Below are positions 20,901-30,332 of a stretch of 64,000 bases of DNA, in pieces. Within the stretch, counting starts at the first letter, position 1. Each line of letters begins with the position of its first letter. The position numbers and the translations under genes are program-made. The stretch lies in contig CAVVMW010000019.1 in assembly GCA_963749495.1 (NCBI GenBank), positions 192,001 to 256,000 of the forward strand. The letters run 5' to 3'. The notes below the pieces were generated by a model. It was given only the letters and a program-made list of their open reading frames with translations. It was not told where the DNA came from and searched no databases. Source of the DNA: an uncultured bacterium (GTDB lineage Bacteria > Verrucomicrobiota > Verrucomicrobiia > Limisphaerales > UBA8199).

Positions 20901-21965
20901 TCGGTCGTCGCCCTGGGCACGCCCAATCTCACCGGGCCAACGCCCTACGCCATCAGGGTCAACTTCAACAAGCGCATCGATGCCACAACCGCCGGCGTGG
21001 CTGCCAACTACGTCCTGACCCCCTCGGTCACCATCAACAACGTGTACGTTGCCATGGATGTGGCGAGCGCCGCCCTGGGCTGTGATTGGCGCTGCGTGTT
21101 CCTGCAAACCAGCGGATTGACCCCCGGCGCCAAATACTCGCTGACCGTCCGCGGGGTCAAGGACCAGGCCCAGACACCCGTCACCATCGTGCCTGCGCCC
21201 GTCTCCTTCACCGCCCCGGTCCTCACCCCGGGCGGCCTGGAATGGGATTACTACTACCCGGTCACGCCGCAGGGCGTGCCTTCCCTGACCGGCGCCGCGA
21301 ATTATCCGTTTGCGCCCAGCACAAACGCGATCCTGACCAGCTTCGACACTCACCAGGTCACCGGCGGCGACCTCAACAACAACCCCGCCTTCGGTTCTTT
21401 GGGCGATAACTACGGCGATAGCCTCTCGGGCTGGCTCACCCCCACGGTCTCGGGCCAGTATTACTTCTTCATCGCCAGCGATGACAACTCCCAGTTGTGG
21501 CTCAGCACCGATTCCAACCCCGTCAATGCCGTAATGATCGCTAATGAGCCGGGCTGCTGCAACCCGTTCCAGGAACCGGGCGCAGGTGCAACCCAGACCT
21601 CGGATCTCATTTCGTTGACCGCAGGCACGTCTTACTTCATCCAGGCCCTCCACACCGAGGGCACTGGCGGCGACTACGTCAAGGTCGCCTGGCGGATCTC
21701 GACCGATACGACGCCGGCTGCGAACTTGAACCCGATCCCCGGCCAGTACATCTCCGCTTATGCCCCGGTCCAGGTGCAGCCACCCAGCTTCGCCCCGCCG
21801 CTCTTCAGCGGCGGCAAGCTGACCTTGACGTGGTCCGGCACCGGCACCTTGCAATCCTCGCCCGACCTCAAGACCTGGACCGATGTGCCCGGCAACCCGG
21901 CCTCGCCGTTTGTTGTGACGCCCAGTCCGAGCGTACCGCAAATGTTTTATCGCCTCGTCCAGTAA
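17901..21965 (+). CDS. Large secreted protein with LamG-like, Ig-like and PA14 domains
   Basis: Signal peptide; three LamG-like units (WTHLAIV, FIHVALV, WAHVVGVY); Ig units (ITQPQS..FQW); PA14 (YYFFIASDDNSQLWLS, EGTGGDY); C-terminal LQSSPDL..W..MFYRL. Confidence 0.9.
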   Translation: MRRTILPTVALLAGVLAAPASVTVQGWWHLDSIQPINDSSGNNRTFGSAYSTAPATGGSVAAQLINNGVGGPLDGTGWTSTECIRVGVGVGAKRQSSMWGLGYNPPAQNFGIEVWALPQDNGIAGGSGGWIFSSGSSGGVALRINAPSGSPSYIDAYDVQSGMTIGNQALIDTNRWTHLAIVNAGGVTTFYTNGIPCGPSQTNATSASAGDAYMMSAPGDNQAYYGFLDEARMFTFAAGAFSTNDLLLRTSSGPTVITQPQSASVWIGGAAPFSTVTSFDNSLLFQWMRGGSNIAGATDATYILPVVAAPDNGSTFDCKVSSGSLSVTSAPATLTVVTPNASNVAAYRSAVTSESSLVAYFPVDNCTGTVLTNVVDANYNGIVENGAGYDGRTNISFGQRALSFDLVGDVQVPNKPDYSFPNGNGTLEAMVYLNQGTVSPPAIFALAEDGGTPYYALLASANGSFLIYTNANALLTWPVPGGLIGRFIHVALVFDNGTNVTPFINGQPLGTQTQAGFGGFEGPFWIGAAGSIADANNWAGTINEVAIYGTALSQGDIQGHYTKYVYGTNVAPPSIASQPSSKTMLAGGSPTLLVSVSGALPFAYQWTSNGVPIAGATSSSLTLSQTKTSYSATYACTITNVFGATNTQPIILTFQAPPAGYISKVMSDNPTALWRLADTAGPTVVDSAGLYDGAYTSSGVTYAVGGFPGDTNAGARFDGSSGRAIIPNSSAFNPNGPFTIEFWGSLSSYGFYVPLGSMDRPARTSGYEFYINGNSAGYEFHTAAGGGYNMICADDHVPANGAWAHVVGVYDTTNIYLYVNGQLGDIQEDPPLPAGVDNWITEGAPPFNPNTSSPFYIASRSDNTHYFDGTLCDIAFYNYALTPEQIQAHWSYGWVAAQATQSPSGTTNTEGATIALTAAVIGVPNSYQWYKGTTPLADSANPDGTAHYPQDVTNLTLVISQAVPGDSGTYHMVASNPVGNATTANATVLVLADTNPPAVSSVVALGTPNLTGPTPYAIRVNFNKRIDATTAGVAANYVLTPSVTINNVYVAMDVASAALGCDWRCVFLQTSGLTPGAKYSLTVRGVKDQAQTPVTIVPAPVSFTAPVLTPGGLEWDYYYPVTPQGVPSLTGAANYPFAPSTNAILTSFDTHQVTGGDLNNNPAFGSLGDNYGDSLSGWLTPTVSGQYYFFIASDDNSQLWLSTDSNPVNAVMIANEPGCCNPFQEPGAGATQTSDLISLTAGTSYFIQALHTEGTGGDYVKVAWRISTDTTPAANLNPIPGQYISAYAPVQVQPPSFAPPLFSGGKLTLTWSGTGTLQSSPDLKTWTDVPGNPASPFVVTPSPSVPQMFYRLVQ

Positions 21966-22214
21966 GGCCGACCGCCCAAGGCCGGGCACCCTTCAGCCCG
22001 GCCCCTTGCCTTGAACATGCGCGGCCGGGAACCAGTTCCTGGCCGCGCTTTGCAACAAAGGACGAGGGAACAGAGAAAGACTGCAAAGCCCGCCTTGGAA
22101 ACACCGCCGCGCTCTGCTGGCGGTGGTATTGGCGCAATCCGCTCCTCGCGGCGGACCCTTCTCCGCACTCAGGACGCTTGCTCCCGCCGCCCGCGTGCGG
22201 CACAATGGAGCCGG

Positions 22215-23291
22215 ATGTCTGCTAGCCTAATGACGGTGTCATCCTTGCGCCTGGAGCGGGCCGAGTCCTCGAGACTGGCCTGGGCCTTCGTGGTGTCGCT
22301 GGCCATTCATCTGATTTTGTTTTGCGGGTACCAAGCGGGCCGGAAATGGCACGTGTGGGAGCGCGTTCACTTGCCCGAGTGGATGACGGCCCCAAGGATG
22401 CTGACCGAGCTCCTGGTGAGGAAGCCGGCTGCGAAGGAACTCGAGCAACTGGAAAAACAGCGCCGGGAGGACATCCCCCTCACGTTCATCGAGGTCAACC
22501 CCGCCCAGGCCAAGCCGGAGGCGCCCAAGGCCCCAACGTACTACTCGGACAAGAACTCGCTGGCGGCCAACCCGGATTCGACGATTCAAAGCACGGTGCC
22601 CAAGATCGACGGAAAGCAGACCGACGTGCCCAAGACCGAGGATGTTCCCCGCACGCAGGCCTTTCCCCTGAGGCCGACGCCGCCCCGCGCCACGGTCGTT
22701 CAAGCCGACGCCGCCCCGCCCAAGCCCCAGCCGGGCGAGGAGCCCAAATCCAACGCCAAGGAGGAAGCAAAACCCAAGCCCGCTTTGACCCCGGGCGATT
22801 TGGCCATGGCGCTGCGGCAGGAGCCGGTCTTCAAGGACCAGGGCCAGGCGGACCGGCCCAAGAAACGGCGCCTGATGAGCGACGTGCCCGCCGAGGAGCG
22901 CCTCGCCGCACTGACTTCCGGCGAGAAGATGAAGCAGGACGGCGGCGTCAGCACCCACGACCTGAGGCCCTCGGTCGATGCCCTGGCCACGCCCTTCGGC
23001 GACTATGACGCGGCCCTCATCTGGGCCGTGAAGAGGCGGTGGGACGACCTGCTCTACGAACGGCGCTTTGCCGGGGCGCGCACCGGCAAGGTCGTGCTGC
23101 GATTCCACTTGAACGTGGACGGCACCGTCACCCAGATGCAGCTTATCGACAACACCGTGGACCTGACGCTGGCCCTGCTTTGCGAGCGGGCGATTCGGGA
23201 CCCGGCCCCGTTCGCCCGCTGGCCCGAGGAGCTGCGCCGCGAGGTGGGGGTCAATTACCGGGAGATCACCTTCAATTTTTATTATAGATAA
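22215..23291 (+). CDS. TonB/TolA-like energy transducer
   Basis: SLAIH TM motif, Pro/Lys-rich linker, TonB-C-like GKVVLRFHLNVDG; upstream of exbB/exbD. Confidence 0.8.
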   Translation: MSASLMTVSSLRLERAESSRLAWAFVVSLAIHLILFCGYQAGRKWHVWERVHLPEWMTAPRMLTELLVRKPAAKELEQLEKQRREDIPLTFIEVNPAQAKPEAPKAPTYYSDKNSLAANPDSTIQSTVPKIDGKQTDVPKTEDVPRTQAFPLRPTPPRATVVQADAAPPKPQPGEEPKSNAKEEAKPKPALTPGDLAMALRQEPVFKDQGQADRPKKRRLMSDVPAEERLAALTSGEKMKQDGGVSTHDLRPSVDALATPFGDYDAALIWAVKRRWDDLLYERRFAGARTGKVVLRFHLNVDGTVTQMQLIDNTVDLTLALLCERAIRDPAPFARWPEELRREVGVNYREITFNFYYR

Positions 23292-23317
23292 CAGCAGTTG
23301 GCAGAACTTGACCCAGC

Positions 23318-23965
23318 ATGGAACCGCTCATTTACACCTTGCTTTCCCTGACCTCGATCGTCGGCCTCACCTTCATTGTCGAGCGCGGCCTGGCCCTGCG
23401 CTGGCGCCGGGTCGTCCCCCCGGAAATCGAGGCCGCCGTCCAGTCCTGCCAGAACCCCGAGGACGTGCCGATGCTGCGGCGCGTCTGCCAGCAGCACGAT
23501 TCGCCCACGAGCCGGTTGCTCCTGCTGGCGGCCGAGCACCCTGATTGGCCCAAGGCCGATACGATCGACGCCGTCCAGACCCGCGCCCGCCACGAAATCA
23601 CGCGGCTGGAACGGGGCCTGGTGGTCCTGGAAATCATCGTCGGCATCGCCCCGCTGCTCGGCCTGGTGGGGACGATCCTCGGCATGATGCGCCTCTTCGG
23701 CAAGGCCATCGGCCAGCACGGCGTCAACGAGGCCGGCCTCCTGGCCCAGGGCATCGCCATCATCCTCAACAGCACCCTCATGGGCCTGCTCATCGCCATC
23801 CCCTCCCTGATCTTCTGGAGTTATTATTCCAAGAAGGTCGAGACCACGGCCGTCGAAATGGAAACCCTGTGCGACGAGTTCATCCGCCGTCAATACCGCG
23901 AGGCACCGCCCGCACCGCCGCCCCGGGCCGCCGCACGCGAGCGGGAAGGCAAGCCAGCCAGATGA
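23318..23965 (+). CDS. exbB: MotA/TolQ/ExbB proton channel
   Basis: APLLGLVGTILGM; GLLIAIP. Confidence 0.88.
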   Translation: MEPLIYTLLSLTSIVGLTFIVERGLALRWRRVVPPEIEAAVQSCQNPEDVPMLRRVCQQHDSPTSRLLLLAAEHPDWPKADTIDAVQTRARHEITRLERGLVVLEIIVGIAPLLGLVGTILGMMRLFGKAIGQHGVNEAGLLAQGIAIILNSTLMGLLIAIPSLIFWSYYSKKVETTAVEMETLCDEFIRRQYREAPPAPPPRAAAREREGKPAR

Positions 23966-24005
23966 ACTCGAACTAATCACCCCCAAACCCCGCACTCTCC
24001 ACAAC

Positions 24006-24434
24006 ATGCGCTTCCTTGTCAAAAAGCGGCGGCAGCCGCCGGCGGTCATCATCGTCGCCCTAATCGATATCCTGATCGTGCTCCTCATTTTCCTGATGGT
24101 AACGACCACCTTCACGCAGCAACCGGCCGTGAAGCTGGCGCTGCCCGAATCGAGCACGGCGCTCAAGAGCGGGGCCGAGGAGTCGCCCCCGCTGGTCGTG
24201 GCCATCGATGCCCAGGGCAACTTCTATGTCGGCGCCGAGTCCAAACAGGTCACCGAGGCCCAACTCAGGGCCGAACTGGCGTCCGCCGTGGCGCAGAACC
24301 CCGACGTAAAGCTGGCTGTGCGCGCGGATAAGGGCGCTCCCATAGGCCAGTTCGTGACGCTCCGGGACGCTGCCATCGAGTCCAACATCAGGGAAAAGCT
24401 CATCAGCATCTTCGTCAAACCAACGGCCAAATAG
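24006..24434 (+). CDS. exbD: ExbD/TolR
   Basis: ALIDILIVLLIFLMVTTTF; VRADK. Confidence 0.9.
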   Translation: MRFLVKKRRQPPAVIIVALIDILIVLLIFLMVTTTFTQQPAVKLALPESSTALKSGAEESPPLVVAIDAQGNFYVGAESKQVTEAQLRAELASAVAQNPDVKLAVRADKGAPIGQFVTLRDAAIESNIREKLISIFVKPTAK

Positions 24435-24442
24435 GAATTGGC

Positions 24443-24601
24443 CAATGACGAATGACGAATGACGAATGACGAATGAGGGACGCGCGGCCGAAGTCGCGAA
24501 GCGTCTGGAGTGCGCGGCGTTCCCGCGCTGTGGCGTTCGACCGCCGCGGGGCGTGGGTTCAAAGAGCGGCGGGATGCGCCGCACTCCAGACGCTTTGCGA
24601 G
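24443..24601. repeat. (AATGACG)n array plus palindromic element family D
   Basis: GCGAAGCGTCTGGAGTGCG...CGCACTCCAGACGCTTTGCG; relatives at about 33967, 42570-42660 and 51015. Confidence 0.85.
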
Positions 24602-24619
24602 ACGGGGACGTGCCTGCGG

Positions 24620-25072
24620 CTACGTGGCCGGCGCCGGCGGCGGCTGCGGCGGCTGGCCCGGGGCCGGGGGCTGCGGCGGGGGCGCGACGACGACCGGCAC
24701 AGGGTATCTGAGCTTCATCACGTCATCCACCAGGACCTCCACGAAATAGGCCCCGGCAACCTTGAACTCCACCTGGCCGAAGAGCGTCACGTTGGTCGCG
24801 TGCAGGTTCGGGTCCTGCAGGACGAATTTGACCTCGCCCTTGCGCAAGACCGTCATCTGGTCCGGCGCCACCAGCCGCACCGTCTCCACGAACTGCCCCA
24901 CCCCGGCCGTCCAGCGGTTGAACAGGCTGAGCCTGAACGCGACGACGGGCAATTGGGGGACGCGGATGAAATTGAGCACGCCGATGAGGATGAAGTTGCC
25001 CGTCACCTCCTGGCGGATTTCTTCGCACAGCAGCGAGCATTGCAGGTCGGGCAGAATTCGAGTTGGTTGCAT
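24620..25072 (-). CDS. Conserved hypothetical protein (DUF6941-like)
   Basis: SLLCEEIRQEVTGNFILIGV; beta-rich; GAYFVEVLVDD. Confidence 0.75.
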   Translation of the reverse strand: MQPTRILPDLQCSLLCEEIRQEVTGNFILIGVLNFIRVPQLPVVAFRLSLFNRWTAGVGQFVETVRLVAPDQMTVLRKGEVKFVLQDPNLHATNVTLFGQVEFKVAGAYFVEVLVDDVMKLRYPVPVVVAPPPQPPAPGQPPQPPPAPAT

Positions 25073-25089
25073 AGCGCTAAGTGGTCATC

Positions 25090-25358
25090 GGGTGCGATTA
25101 AAACTGTCGTCAGCCCACGGCGCCTTTTTGCCCCGAAGGGGCTTCCGACAATAGCCCGGCGTTTCAACGCCGGGTGAGCGGACCCAAAGAGCAGGTCCGT
25201 CCCCAAGGGACGGCTGAAAGCAAGGAGCGTTTTCAGTCGTCCCTTCGGGACGAGTGTCCCTTTTGTCGCCTCCCCGGCGTTGAAACGCCGGGCTATTGTC
25301 AGATGTCCCTCCGGGACAAAACTCGCGAGGCGGATGCCCGACGCTTTTAATCGCACCT
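25090..25358. mobile_element. MITE-like element: TIR + 9-bp target duplication enclosing a family A REPIN
   Basis: GGTGCGATTAAAA / TTTTAATCGCACC termini; GTGGTCATC at 25081-25089 and 25359-25367; inverted copy at 45696-45964. Confidence 0.85.
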
Positions 25359-26247
25359 GTGGTCATCGGTCCCTTCGGCCGCGCGCACCGTGTTGGTCAT
25401 CAGCATCGCGATGGTCATGGGTCCGACGCCGCCCGGGTTGGGGGTGAGCTTGCCGGCCAGCAGTTGCACGCCCTCGAAATCCACGTCGCCCACCAGGCGG
25501 GAGCCGCCCTTGGCAGACGGGTCGGCCACGCGGTTGACGCCCACGTCCACCACCACGGCGCCGGGTTTGACCATCGGGGCCTTCACAAACCGGGCCACGC
25601 CGATGGCCGCGATGAGAATGTCCGCCCGCCGACAGTGGGCCGCCAGGTCTTCGAGTCGAGCCGTGGCAGATCGTCACCGTCGCATTGGCGTGCCTCTGTT
25701 TCTGGCAGAGCATGGCCGCCATCGGTTTGCCCACGATGTTGCCCCGCCCCAGAATCACCACTTCCGCCCCCGAGGTCTCGACGCCCGAGCGGGCCAGCAA
25801 CTCGCGGATGCCCGCCGGCGTACACGGCTGGAACCCGGTCGGGTTGCCCAACATCAACTTGCCAACATTGACCGGGTGAAAGCCATCGACGTTTTTGTGG
25901 GGCAGAACTGCCGAATAGACCACGGCCGGGCGGATGTGGCCGGGCAGAGGGGCCTGGACCAGGATGCCGTGCAGGCGGGGCTGGGCGTTCAAGCGCTGGA
26001 TTAGCGCCAGCAATTCCGCCTCGGTTGCCGTCTCCGGCAAGAGGTGGGTTTCCGAGTAGATCCCCAGCGCCTGGCACGTCCTCTCCTTGCGCTCCACATA
26101 GACCTTCGAGGCCGGGTCCTCGCCGACGCGCACAAAGGCCAGCCCTGGCTGGAGGCCGCGCGCCTTGAGGGCCGCGATGCGCCCGCTCAGCTCCTCCTCG
26201 ACTTGGCGGGCAATCGCGCGTCCATCGATAAGGTTGGCAGCCGGCAT
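25347..26247 (-). CDS. folD: Methylene-THF dehydrogenase/cyclohydrolase; frameshift near 25650
   Basis: [41 protein letters not shown]. Confidence 0.95.
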
Positions 26248-26251
26248 GGGG

Positions 26252-27502
26252 TTACCGCGGCGCCGGGGTGGTGGTGGGAGGCGTCTCGGTGAACGGGGGC
26301 GGTTCGCTCTGGACCCGCATGTCCAGGACCGTGAGGACCGGTGTATGGCCCCACCGCTCGTCCAGGCTCTCCGGGCCGGTCGCGATGACGCGCAGGCCCT
26401 TGAAGCGGCGCAGATCCAGGTCCTTGTTGGTCGAGTAAAGATAATCAATGGTCTTGCCGTTGTCCGGGCTGACCAGGCTGAAGTGGGACGGGGCCTGGAT
26501 GCTTGTGATGCCGTGGACCAGGCCCTCGTGTTGGATAATCCGGGGCGGGGGCGGCTCTTCGGCCGGGGCGGGCGCCGCGGTTGGAGGGGCAGTGGCGGCG
26601 GTCGTGACGTTGGTGTCGGCCGCGGGCGGCGTCTCGACCGCCGGTGCCGTGGGATTCTCCGTGGCCGGGGGCGAGGTTGGAGGCGGGGCGACGGCCGCGG
26701 CGGTCTCGGGCGGGGCGGGCGTGGCCGTGGCGGCCATTGCGGGCGCGGACGGCGCGGCCTGCTCCTGCTTCAGGAACTGGGCGGCGACGAATGCGAAGGC
26801 GTTGGTCGGGGGCTCGATCTCCATCCAGTCGCCCTTGGTCGTGATGTCTTTGACAGTCTCGCCGTGTTCGAGGCGTCCGATGACGCTGAAATTCTGGCCG
26901 GGGCCGCTGCGCATGTTGAGGCGGGTGGCTTTGACGGTCTTGTTGGAGGGGTTGATGTAGAGGCTGTTGACCCAGACCTGAGTGCCCGGGGGGATGGCAA
27001 TTTTGGCCCAGGCGGAAGGCTCGTCCGGGGCGGATTCGTTAAAAGTGATCTCCTCGAGCACCATCACCTGCTGGCCTTTGGTGAGATGGCCCAGGACTTC
27101 GCTGTGGAGCTTGGGCTGGCCGCGCACGTTGACATGGTCGGCCACAACAGCGGCGGGTCCGGGCACCAGCGGGACTGTCTTGAGCGTGGAGGCCGGAGCA
27201 AGGGCGGGGCGGCGCGGGGCGCGTTTGCCGCTTTGCTTGCCGCTCTTTTTGCCGCTCTTCTTCTTTGGCGCGGATTTCTTCTTGCCGGTTTTTGCGGTGG
27301 GGGCGTTCGTGGCGGCAGGAGTTGTGGCGCCCATGGCGGGTGGCCCTGCCGCCTCGGCCCCGGATGGAGCGGTGGGAGAGGGCGCCGCGGGGGCCGGCCC
27401 TGGCGTGGTGATTGGCCCTGGCGCAGGCGCGTTCGAGGCCTCCTGTGCCAGCAAGCCCGTTGAAACCAACAATGCACAGACCAACCAAAGGTTCATTTTC
27501 AT
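26252..27502 (-). CDS. Secreted protein with two bacterial SH3 domains
   Basis: Signal peptide; VNVRGQP and LNMRSGPG SH3b motifs; Pro/Ala linkers. Confidence 0.85.
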   Translation of the reverse strand: MKMNLWLVCALLVSTGLLAQEASNAPAPGPITTPGPAPAAPSPTAPSGAEAAGPPAMGATTPAATNAPTAKTGKKKSAPKKKSGKKSGKQSGKRAPRRPALAPASTLKTVPLVPGPAAVVADHVNVRGQPKLHSEVLGHLTKGQQVMVLEEITFNESAPDEPSAWAKIAIPPGTQVWVNSLYINPSNKTVKATRLNMRSGPGQNFSVIGRLEHGETVKDITTKGDWMEIEPPTNAFAFVAAQFLKQEQAAPSAPAMAATATPAPPETAAAVAPPPTSPPATENPTAPAVETPPAADTNVTTAATAPPTAAPAPAEEPPPPRIIQHEGLVHGITSIQAPSHFSLVSPDNGKTIDYLYSTNKDLDLRRFKGLRVIATGPESLDERWGHTPVLTVLDMRVQSEPPPFTETPPTTTPAPR

Positions 27503-27505
27503 AAC

Positions 27506-28210
27506 TCAACCAAGTAGAGAGTTAATCTCAGCTTCTGTCAATGCCCGCCATCTGCCCGAACGCAACTGGCCCAGCTTGACTTTGCCGATCTGGACCCGCT
27601 GCAGGCGTTTGACCGTCATCCCTTGCGCTTCGAACAGGCGCCGGACTTCCCGATACTTGCCTTCGGCCAATTCCAGTTCCACGATGCTCTGGCCCGAGCC
27701 GGCCGAAATGAGCCGGACTTTCTCTGCCTTGAGCTTCTCGCCCTGGTGCCACAGCCCGTGGGTGAACCGGCCCAGCATCGCCTCTTCCATCCGGCCCTGC
27801 ACGGTCGCCACGTATTTCTTGCGTACCCCGTAGCGCGGATGGGTCAGGCGCAGGTCGAATTCACCATCATTGGTCAGGAAAAGCAAGCCTTCGCTGGCAT
27901 AATCCAACCGTCCCACCGAGTAGAGATGGCCCCATTCGCGGGGCAGCAGCTCGTAAATCGTCGGGCGTCCGTGCTCATCTTTGCGCGAGCATACCAGCCC
28001 GCGCGGCTTATTCAAGGCCAGGTAGAGCTTGCGTTTGGCCCGCACCGGCTGGCCGTCCACCGTCACGTGGTCCCGGGCCGGGTCCACTTTCACCCCCAGT
28101 TGCAGGACCGGCGCGCCGTTGACCGCCACTCGCCCCGCCAGGATGAGCGCCTCTGCCGCCCGCCGCGAAGCCACGCCCGCCTCCGCCAAGTGCTTTTGCA
28201 GACGAACCAT
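27506..28210 (-). CDS. rluB: S4-domain rRNA pseudouridine synthase (RluB/RsuA family)
   Basis: RLQKHLAEAGVASRR; VGRLDYASEGLL. Confidence 0.88.
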   Translation of the reverse strand: MVRLQKHLAEAGVASRRAAEALILAGRVAVNGAPVLQLGVKVDPARDHVTVDGQPVRAKRKLYLALNKPRGLVCSRKDEHGRPTIYELLPREWGHLYSVGRLDYASEGLLFLTNDGEFDLRLTHPRYGVRKKYVATVQGRMEEAMLGRFTHGLWHQGEKLKAEKVRLISAGSGQSIVELELAEGKYREVRRLFEAQGMTVKRLQRVQIGKVKLGQLRSGRWRALTEAEINSLLG

Positions 28211-28216
28211 GGGAAC

Positions 28217-28302
28217 AAAGCCTAAAGGCTGAAGGCTAAAGGCCGGAGGCGCGCCTTCAGCCTTCGGCACTTTAGCCTTTAGCCTTTAGCCTTTAGCCTT
28301 TA
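28217..28302. repeat. Inverted (CTAAAGG)n/(CCTTTAG)n heptamer pair
   Basis: Same unit as 12753-12894. Confidence 0.9.
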
Positions 28303-28455
28303 GCTTTCGGCCTTCGTCTTGCGCAGGCCCGTAATCCGGTCGCCCGGCTTCCATTGCTCGCGCTTCTTGAGCAACTCGATGCGCTCGAAGCGCTTGAGCA
28401 CATTCCGTTTGCCGCCCAGGGTGGCGGCCGCGCGCAGACTGCGGTGTTGTGACAT
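28300..28455 (-). CDS. PVC-superphylum small basic protein (51 aa; absent from ORF track)
   Basis: MSQHRSLRAAATLGGKRNVLKRFERIELLKKREQWKPGDRITGLRKTKAES*. Confidence 0.88.
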   Translation of the reverse strand: MSQHRSLRAAATLGGKRNVLKRFERIELLKKREQWKPGDRITGLRKTKAES

Positions 28456-28655
28456 AAATCAAATCAAGCAATTGAATTTGAAATCAAAATAAAACCCGAT
28501 CCCGGATTCCGAATTCTGCCGTGCCGGTTTGCCGGCGGCCTGGCCGCTCCCGGTTCGAAGCGGACGCCTTATGTAGCACGTCCGGGGCCGGTTTGCCAAT
28601 GGAATTTTAGCGGGAGCAATCGGTAACTGAAGGCGGAGACGGAGTGCCGGGTAAA

Positions 28656-28802
28656 CCCCTCACCCCGGCCCTCTCCCCTTCCAAAGGGGAGAGGGAGAGC
28701 CATCGGCAGTCTCCGGAGCTTCCGGGCGTCCGCGCTTCCTCAAAGAGCCACCGAGAACCCTCCCTCTCCCCTTCCGAAGGGGAGAGGGCTGGGGTGAGGG
28801 GT
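28656..28802. repeat. Palindromic element family E
   Basis: CCCCTCACCCCGGCCCTCTCCC..GGGAGAGGG mirrored by GGAGAGGGCTGGGGTGAGGGG; relative at 61986-62132. Confidence 0.9.
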
Positions 28803-28858
28803 CTGCCCCCGTGACGCTCCCACCTTCTCTGAGGCCCTTACCGGGCAAAAAAACGGGC

Positions 28859-28886
28859 TTGTCATTCCCTGGGCGGGTGGTATTTT
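28859..28886 (+). promoter_or_regulatory. Putative sigma70 promoter of rpmE
   Basis: TTGTCA-16nt-TATTTT with upstream TG, 12 nt before ATG. Confidence 0.5.
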
Positions 28887-28898
28887 GGCCCGCCTTTT

Positions 28899-29141
28899 AT
28901 GAAAGAAAAGATCCATCCGAAGTACGTGGACGCGGAAATCCGTTGCGCGTGCGGCAACGTGATCAAGACCCGGTCCACCAAGCCGGTGATCATCGTGGGC
29001 ATCTGCAACGCGTGTCACCCCTTTTATACCGGCCAGCAGAAATTTGTGGATACGGCCGGGCGCGTGGACAAGTTCCGGCAGCGCATGGCCAAGACCGAGG
29101 CCGCCCAGGCGGCGGTGGCCGGCAAGAAGAAGCGCCGGTAG
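28899..29141 (+). CDS. rpmE: 50S ribosomal protein L31 (Zn-binding type)
   Basis: [28 protein letters not shown]. Confidence 0.97.
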   Translation: MKEKIHPKYVDAEIRCACGNVIKTRSTKPVIIVGICNACHPFYTGQQKFVDTAGRVDKFRQRMAKTEAAQAAVAGKKKRR

Positions 29142-29155
29142 GGGCCTGAGGTTTC

Positions 29156-29198
29156 ATCCGCCCGCACGGCCCGCCGGCTGTACGGGCGGATTGCTTTT
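29156..29198 (+). terminator. Hairpin with weak U-tail after rpmE
   Basis: ATCCGCCCGCACGGC / GCTGTACGGGCGGAT then TGCTTTT. Confidence 0.4.
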
Positions 29199-29215
29199 GG
29201 CCCGGCCCAGCCGAG

Positions 29216-30311
29216 GTGAAAGACATGGACCTGCGTCCGCACATCGAAAAGTTCTCCCTGCGCTGCGCTGAGGTGGAAAAGGCCCTGAGCGATCCCAAGG
29301 TCTTTAACAACCCCCAGCGCGCCCAGGAGTTGTCCAGGGAATATTCCCGGCTCAAGGAGCTGGCGGCCGCCGGCCAGGCCTATTTGAAGAACCTCCGGGA
29401 CCTGGCCGAGAACCGCGCCTTGCTCCAGGCCGAGCCCGCGGATTCCGAACTGGGGCAAATGGCCAGGGAGGAGGTCGCCCGGCTGGAGGCCCAAGACCTG
29501 ACCCTGACCCAGTCCCTCCAGCAGGGCCTGCTGCCGCCGGACCCGGCCGACTCCCGCAACACGATCATTGAAATCCGCGCCGGCGCCGGGGGGCAGGAGT
29601 CCGCGCTCTTTTCCGCGGACCTCTACCGCATGTACACCCGCTATGCCGAGGCGCGCGGCTGGAAGTACCGAGGACCTGGATTCCAGCCCGTCCGACCTGG
29701 GCGGCTACAAGGAGGTCGTCTTCCAAATTACCGGGACCGAGGTGTATAAGCGGCTCAAGTACGAGAGCGGCGTTCACCGCGTGCAACGCGTGCCGGCCAC
29801 CGAGGCCCAGGGACGCATCCACACCAGCACCTGCACCGTGGCGGTCCTGCCCGAGGCGGGGGAAGTGGACGTCCAACTCAAGCCCGACGAGCTGGAGATA
29901 ACCGTGTGCCGCGCCTCGGGCCCGGGCGGGCAAGGGGTCAACACCACCGATTCGGCAGTCCAGATACTCCACCGGCCGACGGGCCTGATCGTCCGGTGCG
30001 CCGACCAGCGCTCGCAGCAGAAGAACAAGGCGCGCGCTCTGACCGTCCTGCGCTCCCGCCTGCTCGAACGCCGGGTGGCCGAAGAAAACGCCAAGTATGC
30101 CGCCCAGCGCAAGGCGCAGGTTGGCACCGGCGAACGCAACGAGCGCATCCGCACCTACAACTTCCCGCAAAACCGGGTGACCGACCACCGCGTCGAGCTG
30201 ACCCTTTACAACCTGCCCGTGGTGATGGAGGGCGAGCTGGACTGTATCATTGACCCGCTCATGGCCCATGACCTGGAGGAGCGGCTCAAGGACATCGTGC
30301 GCGAGGCGTGA
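29216..30311 (+). CDS. prfA: Peptide chain release factor 1; frameshift near 29668
   Basis: [22 protein letters not shown] (PxT), [18 protein letters not shown]. Confidence 0.95.
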
Positions 30312-30332
30312 GGAGATGTCATAGAGGGCCGA

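Noticed and set aside
29640..29700. Programmed frameshift in the release factor gene
   Set aside because: The protein is RF1 (PAT motif). The known +1 shift is in prfB at CTT-TGA, and no such site is present. Similar indels occur throughout the window.
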